DNA of 11,569 nt from a virus (lineage: Duplodnaviria; Heunggongvirae; Uroviricota; Caudoviricetes): IMG/VR virus record IMGVR_UViG_3300044728_000133; one strand, written 5' to 3'. Below, piece after piece: positions 1 through 5,695 of this stretch. Numbering within the stretch: the first letter of the stretch is position 1; each line of letters opens with the position of its first letter. Below the pieces are notes generated by a model. That model saw only the letters and a program-made list of their open reading frames with translations. It had not been told where the DNA came from and did no database searches. The translations under genes were made by a program, and so were the position numbers.

Positions 1-102
1 CGAGTAGCCAAGGGCGTGTGCCCGTGCTGTAATCGTTCCTTCTCCGATCTGAAGAAGCACATGCAGACCAAGCATCCCGACTACGAAGGGCAGCCACAAT
101 GA
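1..102 (+). CDS. 3' end of a C2H2-type zinc-finger phage protein (partial, runs off the window)
   Basis: Frame 1 reads RVAKGVCPCCNRSFSDLKKHMQTKHPDYEGQPQ*, a CxxC-x8-H-x4-H pattern. Its TGA overlaps the next ATG (ATGA 99-102). Not in the ORF track. Confidence 0.7.
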   Translation, partial: RVAKGVCPCCNRSFSDLKKHMQTKHPDYEGQPQ

Positions 103-221
103 GCCAGGTAGGAAAGCCCAAGGAGCGCATCATCATCAAGCCCGACCGGGAGCCTGTTCCCGTGAAGAACCCGGAGCCCACGCCGACGCCCGTCGAGGAG
201 CCCGTGGAGCAGCCGGCGTGA
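99..221 (+). CDS. 40-aa Pro/Glu-rich small peptide
   Basis: MSQVGKPKERIIIKPDREPVPVKNPEPTPTPVEEPVEQPA*. Coupled at both ends by 4-nt overlaps (ATGA 99-102, GTGA 218-221). Too short for the ORF track. Confidence 0.7.
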   Translation: MSQVGKPKERIIIKPDREPVPVKNPEPTPTPVEEPVEQPA

Positions 222-1123
222 GTAAGAAGCAGCCCCTGGATCCGCTCACCGCTGAGGTGATCAAGAAGCTTCAGGACGGCACGTACGTCATCCAGAAGGT
301 CGATCGTCAGACCGGTCTCGGGTACGACAAGCTCACGATTGAGGCGTCGGATGCATCGACCCTGTGGAAGCCAGCGCCGGTCTCTACGGCTCTAGGGCCG
401 AGATCATCGACCGGTGTTCAGGGGGCAGCTGGGAGCGTAGGCGTTCCCGGCGCTACTGGCGTTCACGTACAAACCGGCGCGACCGGGCCGATCTCTGCTG
501 TCCCCTATCCGACTTCGTCTCGGGCGACTTCTCACGGGTCATTGCGCGCTGCTTCGCATCCGATTCCGCCGCCGCTGAGTGGAACGGAGCCGATTATCGG
601 CTTCAGGGACTTCATGGTGGCGGACTCTGTCACGGGATTCGTCCTCATGTCCCGGAACAAGACGCTCTGGCGTCAGCGCGAGCGCTCGATGGCGTACTGC
701 AACGGCAACATCTACGCGCCGCATGACGCGCCTTACTGGGACTGCGAGTGTGGCATCTACGCATTCTCGACGCCCACCCACCAAGACCTGAAGGCGACAG
801 ACGTGGCCTGGGCGGAGATCGCCATGTGGGGAGAGGTGCTGGTGTGCGACCACGGATACCGCGCGCAGTACGCCTACCCGCTCTCGATCTTCTTGAAGGA
901 CACAAAGACGCTGGGGATCAAGCGCGTGCGCGACGAACTCGAGGCAGGCTACGGCGTGCCCGTGTTCCTGGTCGCAGAACGCGACGGCAAGACCGCCGCC
1001 GATGTCATGGGCGAGATGATCACGAGGGATCTGAACAAGCGGGAAGAGACCATCGCGAAGAAGCTGCAGATGCCCATCACCGACGACGAGCTTCGCCGCA
1101 TGTGGGATGGACCCGTTGACTGA
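218..1123 (+). CDS. Hypothetical protein with a conserved-looking C-terminal Cys/His domain (GFR...C...H.AP..C.CGIYA...V/I..WG.V...G.RA) and a low-complexity N-terminus
   Basis: 301-aa ORF with GTG coupled to the upstream stop. Motif IIGFRDF...AYC...HDAPYWDCECGIYA...AEIAMWGEVL...HGYRAQYA...YGVPV, which I recognise from uncharacterised actinobacterial/phage proteins. Confidence 0.75.
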   Translation: MSKKQPLDPLTAEVIKKLQDGTYVIQKVDRQTGLGYDKLTIEASDASTLWKPAPVSTALGPRSSTGVQGAAGSVGVPGATGVHVQTGATGPISAVPYPTSSRATSHGSLRAASHPIPPPLSGTEPIIGFRDFMVADSVTGFVLMSRNKTLWRQRERSMAYCNGNIYAPHDAPYWDCECGIYAFSTPTHQDLKATDVAWAEIAMWGEVLVCDHGYRAQYAYPLSIFLKDTKTLGIKRVRDELEAGYGVPVFLVAERDGKTAADVMGEMITRDLNKREETIAKKLQMPITDDELRRMWDGPVD

Positions 1124-1571
1124 TAGGGAAGCTCAAGAGATCACTCGCATGGTCGAGTCGACCTGGCGCGTCGACTTCGGTCCTGAGGGCCGGAAGATGT
1201 GGAAGAGGATGTTGTACGACCACGATCCCGTGATTGCCACTGACGCCGTCGCGCAGCTCTCCCAGCGTCAGCGTGAGCGGCCGACCGTCGCCGATCTGCG
1301 GGGGATGATCCAGAAGATCGTCCGTGACCGCATGCCTCCCGGTCTGCCCGAGCCCAAGGGCAAGGCCGCTCCCGAGTGGGCGTGGGTGTGGAGCTGGTGC
1401 AGGTTCTTCCGACAACCGCGCTTCTTGATTCCATTCCCTCAACAGGAGCCGCACGTGGACTCTTCTGAGACGATCGCGATAGCGAAGTACGAGGAGCTGC
1501 TCGCAGAATGGACAGAGGCCGGGAAACCGAAGCGCTCGCACGTGATTCCCACGGTCGTCCTTCGGACGTGA
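1116..1571 (+). CDS. Replicative helicase loader/inhibitor-like protein (SPP1 G39P N-terminal-like)
   Basis: MTDREAQEITRMVESTW...W..ML.D.D...A..AV..L.....RPTVADLR..I resembles the G39P-type pattern. The start is TTG 1116 (overlapping the upstream stop) or ATG 1107. Confidence 0.55.
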   Translation: MTDREAQEITRMVESTWRVDFGPEGRKMWKRMLYDHDPVIATDAVAQLSQRQRERPTVADLRGMIQKIVRDRMPPGLPEPKGKAAPEWAWVWSWCRFFRQPRFLIPFPQQEPHVDSSETIAIAKYEELLAEWTEAGKPKRSHVIPTVVLRT

Positions 1572-2083
1572 GCCTGCTGCGCGACTACCGCGGCCTCGCC
1601 ATCGCAATCTCACGTGAGTACCGATTCCCAGGCTCCGACAGACAGGATGTCGAGCAGGAGGCGATGATAGGACTCTGGCTTGCCGTCCGTGATTACCGCC
1701 CCGAGCTCGGCTTCTTCGCTCCCTTCGCCCGCCTCTGTGTTCGCCGACGTCTGGACTCCTGCTTGAAGTTGGCGCAACGGAAGAAACATCAACCACTGAA
1801 TCAAGCGGAGGAGACAGATCTTCGCTCGCGTGCTGTTCTCATGCACTCCTTCGACCCCGCAGAGATCCTTGAGCAGAAGGAGCATGCCCTTGAGCTCATG
1901 CGTCGAGTGAGGGAAGATCTGACTCCGCTCGAGCGCAGCTGCTGGATCGGGATTGCCAACGGCAAGACATACCGAGAGATCCACGAAGAGGTAGGGGGAA
2001 GCAAAACCTCGAACGGTCATAAGACGAGGTATCGCCGAATAGACAACGCCATGCAGCGGGCACATCAGAAACTCGCCGCCTAA
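1568..2083 (+). CDS. sigH: Sigma-70 family RNA polymerase sigma factor, SigH/Spo0H (Bacillus sigma-H)-like
   Basis: GSDRQDVEQEAMIGLWLAVRDY, FAPFARLCVRRRLDSCLKLAQRKKHQPLN, DPAEIL, LTPLERS, GKTYREI and RIDNAMQRAHQKL align with B. subtilis SigH as I recall it (GADREDIVQEGMIGLYKAIRDF, FKAFAELCITRQIITAIKTATRQKHIPLN, LSDLERK, GRSYQEI, SIDNALQRVKRKL). The likely start is GTG 1568 (GTGA overlap), giving 171 aa. Confidence 0.9.
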   Translation: MSLLRDYRGLAIAISREYRFPGSDRQDVEQEAMIGLWLAVRDYRPELGFFAPFARLCVRRRLDSCLKLAQRKKHQPLNQAEETDLRSRAVLMHSFDPAEILEQKEHALELMRRVREDLTPLERSCWIGIANGKTYREIHEEVGGSKTSNGHKTRYRRIDNAMQRAHQKLAA

Positions 2084-2096
2084 CCGGGGAGGTTGG

Positions 2097-2384
2097 ATGG
2101 AGGACTACGGCCTTACGCCGAGGCCACCTCAGTGGACGCTCGATGCCGGTCTACCTGAGCCGCATGATGATGAATCGTTTCTCGCATACGTCACACGCTT
2201 GGGCTATTCGGGTGGGGAGCTGCTTGCCGACCTAGACGAGCGCACCATGTCTCTGGCCAACGTTCGTCTGGCCACGAAGTTGCAACGGTCGATGCCTGTG
2301 GAGTTCGACAAGCACGTCGACAGGTTGGTCGACAAGCATGGCACTCGGCAAGTCAGGTTCCGCCGTCCTGTGCCCATGGCATAG
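2097..2384 (+). CDS. Hypothetical protein (95 aa)
   Basis: Good SD (GGGGAGG) before the ATG. It fills the gap between the sigma and RHH genes. No recognisable motif. Confidence 0.7.
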   Translation: MEDYGLTPRPPQWTLDAGLPEPHDDESFLAYVTRLGYSGGELLADLDERTMSLANVRLATKLQRSMPVEFDKHVDRLVDKHGTRQVRFRRPVPMA

Positions 2385-2413
2385 TTACTACCGCCCAGCG
2401 ACCAGGAGGTGAA

Positions 2414-2743
2414 GTGAAAACTGTTCTCAACGAGGTTGTCAGGGACGACCTGCGTGAGCAGCTCGACCGAGAGGCCAGCAACTGGGACATCACCCTGAAC
2501 GACGTCGCTGGAAGGATCCTCGCTGAGCACTACGGCATCAAGTGGCAGGACACAGGCGCGCGCTACTCCGAACTGAAGACGCGTCTGAAGATCCGGGTGC
2601 CGGACACACTGCACCGAAAGATCCGCCATGAGTACGCCCGCGACCAACGCAAGACCATCCGCGGGATCGTGCTCTCGATCCTGGCCGAACACTACGGCTT
2701 GGAGCCCATATCCGCCTACCGACGAGCAAGGAGCGTGACGTGA
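2414..2743 (+). CDS. Tandem (single-chain) ribbon-helix-helix DNA-binding protein
   Basis: Strong SD AGGAGGTG before the GTG. Two internal repeats, KTVLNEVVRDDLREQLDREA...LNDVAGRILAEHYGI and TRLKIRVPDTLHRKIRHEY...IRGIVLSILAEHYGL, each with a strand-helix-helix pattern of Arc/CopG/MetJ type. Confidence 0.7.
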   Translation: MKTVLNEVVRDDLREQLDREASNWDITLNDVAGRILAEHYGIKWQDTGARYSELKTRLKIRVPDTLHRKIRHEYARDQRKTIRGIVLSILAEHYGLEPISAYRRARSVT

Positions 2744-3042
2744 GCGAAACGGCAACAGCCCCACAGACCGGGACCACACCCACACCGCAGGCTCCCCCCG
2801 AGCCCGATTCTCCGGAAACGGAGAAAAGCTCAGAGCGCGAGTACCACCTCTTCAAGGTAGTCCAGCCGGACGTCTTCCAGCGGGTGAGCACTGTGGTCGC
2901 CACAAGCCCCGCTAACGCCCTCAAGACGTTGGGCGAGAAGGTGCTTCTGGAGACAGAGCACGTGGCCTGTACGGGCCGTTCGTGGTTCGCTCCAGGCAAG
3001 CCAAAGATCAAGACGAACACCACCATCTCGTTCGGCGAGTGA
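2740..3042 (+). CDS. Hypothetical protein (100 aa)
   Basis: GTGA overlaps at both ends. Pro/Thr-rich N-terminus followed by a small globular-looking domain. Confidence 0.7.
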   Translation: MSETATAPQTGTTPTPQAPPEPDSPETEKSSEREYHLFKVVQPDVFQRVSTVVATSPANALKTLGEKVLLETEHVACTGRSWFAPGKPKIKTNTTISFGE

Positions 3043-3581
3043 GCGAGGCGGTACAACAAAGCGATGGGCGCTCTGCGCTCGAGGTGGCCGGCGCGACAAC
3101 CACGCCTACCTCTCTTGAGCTTCCCGCGAGCGGGAAGCTGAGTTGGGAAGCCTACGAGCAGCTCGGCGTGTTCTTAGGCGCCCTCACCAGGGCTCTTCCG
3201 TTCTGGATAGGGGACTTTCTGCTCTACGGGGAGGAGGTTTTTGGAGAGGAGTACGCGCAAGTTGAAGCGTCTCTACAGCTTCGCCCTCAAACGCTGGCGA
3301 ACTATCGATCCGTTGCATTCCATGTGCCGCCCTCAAGAAGGAAGAAAGGGCTCTCGTATGGGGTGCATGAAGCGGTTGCCTATCTACCACCCCGCGAACG
3401 AGACGAGATGCTCTCTCTGGCGTTGAAGCAGGGCTGGAAACGTGAAGACGTGCGCTACGCCATGCAGCGCAAGCGTGAGATCGAGGCGCAGACAGGTGAA
3501 CGGATCGGGCCACAGGACGTCTTGGCGCTGCCTCCTCCTCCCAAGAACCATTGCCCCCACTGCGGAGGCATCCTCCCATGA
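3039..3581 (+). CDS. LmbU-family-like transcriptional regulator
   Basis: LELP...LSWEAYEQLG...FWIGDFLLYG...QTLANYRSVA...SRRKKGLSYGVHEAVAYLPPRERDEML..A...GW matches the LmbU family pattern as I recall it (LSFEDW..AG...WCLGDWLVYG...QTLRNYAWVARRF..SRRR..LSFQHHAEVASLP..EQD.WL). The likely start is GTG 3039. A C-terminal CPHC is present. Confidence 0.75.
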   Translation: MSEAVQQSDGRSALEVAGATTTPTSLELPASGKLSWEAYEQLGVFLGALTRALPFWIGDFLLYGEEVFGEEYAQVEASLQLRPQTLANYRSVAFHVPPSRRKKGLSYGVHEAVAYLPPRERDEMLSLALKQGWKREDVRYAMQRKREIEAQTGERIGPQDVLALPPPPKNHCPHCGGILP

Positions 3582-3832
3582 AGACCTGGATCACGAGCCC
3601 CCGGCCAGCTCTCGGCGGTAAGAAGAAGGAGATCATGCTCTTCATCGACCAGTACTGGATCGACAACTGGACGTCGCCGTCGATGAGCGCAATCGCGGAA
3701 CACGTGGGTCTCGCCTCCAAGGCGACCGTCAACATGCACCTCAATGACCTGGTCAGACTCGGCTACCTCGAGCGCAAGCAGGTCGACGGCAAGGAGGTGG
3801 GTCCTCGTGTCCTCTACCGCCGAGCCCCCTGA
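3578..3832 (+). CDS. Stand-alone LexA-type winged-helix DNA-binding domain (no peptidase domain)
   Basis: KKEIMLFIDQYWIDNWTSPSMSAIAEHVGLASKATVNMHLNDLVRLGYLER resembles the LexA N-terminus (Q.DIL.FI......[32 protein letters not shown].R). The likely start is ATG 3578 (ATGA overlap), giving 84 aa. Confidence 0.8.
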   Translation: MKTWITSPRPALGGKKKEIMLFIDQYWIDNWTSPSMSAIAEHVGLASKATVNMHLNDLVRLGYLERKQVDGKEVGPRVLYRRAP

Positions 3833-4265
3833 ACAGAGCACCGCTCTCGTCCTTCCCGCCTCTGGCGTCCTCGTCGACCTCACCAGTGAGAAGGAGGTGG
3901 CGATCGCTTGTCGTGACATTAAGCCCGTGATGGCTGAGTTCCGGCGCGTCGATCGAATCCTGCGGGAGGCCATGAGGGAGCACAAGCGGCTTCATGGGAC
4001 AGGCACGTTCTACATCGAGGGCGTGGGCAAGATCGAGGTGCGCGGCGACAAGGAGACTGAGTACGACGCCAAGACCGTGGAGGCCGAGCTCAAGGCAGTC
4101 GGATGCCCCGAGAACATCATCCGTGAGATCGTCGTTCAGACAGTCGATTGGAAGGTCGACGCCGTCCGGGCGAAGCAGGCAGCGGCAGCCAACGACGACT
4201 ACGCGCGCGCGATCGAGAACGGAAAGGTCGTGAGGGAGAAGCTCCCCACGGTGACCGTCACGTGA
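3807..4265 (+). CDS. Hypothetical phage protein (152 aa; helical N-half, mixed alpha/beta C-half; possibly recombination or nucleic-acid associated)
   Basis: Perfect SD AAGGAGGTG (3791-3799) before GTG 3807, embedded in the end of the LexA-like gene. The function is a guess. Confidence 0.7.
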   Translation: MSSTAEPPEQSTALVLPASGVLVDLTSEKEVAIACRDIKPVMAEFRRVDRILREAMREHKRLHGTGTFYIEGVGKIEVRGDKETEYDAKTVEAELKAVGCPENIIREIVVQTVDWKVDAVRAKQAAAANDDYARAIENGKVVREKLPTVTVT

Positions 4266-4267
4266 TC

Positions 4268-4308
4268 ACGGCGGTAACCGGCGGTACGTCTGCTTACCGC
4301 CGTAAACT
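4268..4308. promoter_or_regulatory. Intergenic inverted repeat / putative operator overlapping a possible -10 element
   Basis: ACGGCGGTAA (4268-4277) and TTACCGCCGT (4294-4303) form a perfect 10-bp IR with a third CGGCGGTA (4279-4286) inside. TAAACT (TANNNT) lies at 4303-4308. Confidence 0.55.
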
Positions 4309-4326
4309 TCCGGGTAGTGATCAGCT

Positions 4327-4638
4327 ATGGAGCGAACGGCTTACGATAACGCTCGGTGGCGGGAGCTTCCACGCTCTCGCTGCCTCATCGATGTCCTCTT
4401 CGGGGACGTAGCCGGAGCATGCTCAGGTCTGATTCATCGGCATCACGTCAACCCTGACGATCCATGGTCTCGAACGTTCGAGTGCTGCGCAGGACACCAT
4501 CCCAAGATCCACGCCGCGCTGCGCGTACTGACCGAGAACGCCGATCGTGAGTGGCGCCGCTGCACCCACGCGCACCCGTATCCAGAGGGCCGCGCGGAGT
4601 GTGAAAGAAAGCTCAACGGCCTTCAGGCTGCTGCTTGA
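4327..4638 (+). CDS. Small HNH-like zinc-binding protein
   Basis: AYDNARWREL...C...C...IHRHHVNP...ECCAGHHPKIHA follows the HNH beta-beta-alpha layout but is degenerate. An extended-SD-like GTGATC precedes the ATG. Confidence 0.55.
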   Translation: MERTAYDNARWRELPRSRCLIDVLFGDVAGACSGLIHRHHVNPDDPWSRTFECCAGHHPKIHAALRVLTENADREWRRCTHAHPYPEGRAECERKLNGLQAAA

Positions 4639-4674
4639 CGATCCCGCCCTGAGGCGTACTAGTATTCGCCCATG
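4635..4674 (+). promoter_or_regulatory. Host sigma70-type promoter driving a leaderless transcript
   Basis: TTGACG (4635-4640), 19-bp spacer, TAGTAT (4660-4665), 6 nt, then ATG 4672 with no SD. Confidence 0.6.
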
Positions 4675-4908
4675 GAGTTTTCACCCGCGGCGTCCGAGTT
4701 GACCAACACAATGCCCGGCACAGTCATAGCCGCACTCACTCTGGCCGTTGCCAGTGGGCTCGTGCTTTTCGCTGTCTCCTACGTGCTCACCTCCGCCATG
4801 GTCGCGAAAGCCGTCGCTGCCCAAAGCGGCGAGGACTTGTCAGCCAACAAGGAGAAGGTGACATCTCACGTGCAACCACAGGAGCAATCGCTATCTCGAT
4901 TACCTTGA
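4672..4908 (+). CDS. Small membrane protein (78 aa, one long hydrophobic segment)
   Basis: Hydrophobic stretch TVIAALTLAVASGLVLFAVSYVLTSAMVAKAVAA. Leaderless promoter upstream and TTGA overlap downstream. Confidence 0.65.
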   Translation: MEFSPAASELTNTMPGTVIAALTLAVASGLVLFAVSYVLTSAMVAKAVAAQSGEDLSANKEKVTSHVQPQEQSLSRLP

Positions 4909-5537
4909 TCTTCGCCGCCTCTGGTGCGGCACAGAATCGCCCGGCTACGGTTGGGAACGAAAGATCCGACAAGCAGTCGACTCTCCGTTCTGCCACTGAC
5001 ACAACCGCAGCTGGGCGATGCCCTTCTGGAAGCATCCCCGCTGGTGTCGGCTGTATCGACGCCAAGCCGGTGTTCATCGAGGCGTGCCCCACCGCTCGCA
5101 AAGGACTTCGTTTCTATACATCGCGCCTGAACTACTGGCGCGGCAAGATGGGGGCAGGTCGATCCCCGGCGTTGCTAGCACAAAGGGTAAGACGCACCTG
5201 CCCCCGCTACCTCGCCAAGCTCATGCGCTCGAAGGCGCACGCGGCGCGGCTCGAGTACCGCCGCTGGCGCAAAGCATGGGAGCATGAATACGCCTGGTGG
5301 CTGTGGCTGCCGGAGAAGTTCCAGCGCGTCGGTCGCTGCGAGACGGGAGGTACGTCGGGCGCAAGCGCGGCCGGTAACTGGCGCTGGGACTCGGGCACCT
5401 ACGTCTCTGCGTTCGGGATCATCAGAGCTGCCTTCCCGACTTGGAACGGGCGCAACACGCCGCGTGAGCAGTACGAGGTCGCAGCCTCGATTCAGCGTCG
5501 CTACGGATGGGGCGCGTGGGGATGTGGCGGGGCGTGA
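4905..5537 (+). CDS. Resuscitation-promoting-factor (Rpf)-like / lysozyme-fold transglycosylase, probably secreted (true start may be ATC 4863)
   Basis: C-terminal FQRVGRCETGG...NWRWDSGTYVSAFG...TPREQYEVAASIQRRYGWGAWGC matches the Rpf motifs (WD.LAQCESGGNW..NTGNG.YG..Q...SREQQI.VA.R....QGWGAWP.C), including the catalytic Glu. An Arg-rich helical region precedes it. Confidence 0.8.
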   Translation: MIFAASGAAQNRPATVGNERSDKQSTLRSATDTTAAGRCPSGSIPAGVGCIDAKPVFIEACPTARKGLRFYTSRLNYWRGKMGAGRSPALLAQRVRRTCPRYLAKLMRSKAHAARLEYRRWRKAWEHEYAWWLWLPEKFQRVGRCETGGTSGASAAGNWRWDSGTYVSAFGIIRAAFPTWNGRNTPREQYEVAASIQRRYGWGAWGCGGA

Positions 5538-5695
5538 AGGCGCTCTGGAAAAGGAAAGACTGCGGTTGCGTGAACGCCCGCCTTCCGCGTGCGGGCAAGG
5601 TCAGAATCCACTGCGACCGTCATCGCGGCAAGCCCCCCAAAAAGGGTGGCGGCGGACTCGCTCACTTCGAGGATGGGATGGTGCGCCGTGGATAG
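5534..5695 (+). CDS. Small basic Cys/His protein (53 aa)
   Basis: MKALWKRKDCGCV...HCDRH...; the GTGA overlap with the Rpf stop defines the start. Confidence 0.55.
   Translation: MKALWKRKDCGCVNARLPRAGKVRIHCDRHRGKPPKKGGGGLAHFEDGMVRRG

Noticed and set aside
1508-1567. Longer N-termini in the ORF track (1508, 2982, 3551, 3744, 5507, 5589, 5840, 6932)
   Set aside because: They overlap upstream genes extensively. Later starts with 4-nt overlaps or strong SDs fit better.
1077-1796. 239-aa - strand ORF (and similar antisense ORFs at 2204-2785, 2538-3059, 3184-3744, 3455-3985)
   Set aside because: These are shadow ORFs typical of high-GC DNA, opposite genes with recognisable domains.
4469-4482. Perfect 14-bp palindrome CTCGAACGTTCGAG containing actinobacterial SOS-box half-sites
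   Set aside because: There is no N4 spacer, it lies inside a coding region, and roughly one palindrome of this length is expected by chance in 11.5 kb.
4672-4908. -1 frameshift fusing the small membrane protein to the Rpf frame
   Set aside because: The -1 frame is open here, but I found no XXXYYYZ heptamer or stimulatory structure. An ATC start or coupling at TTG is simpler.
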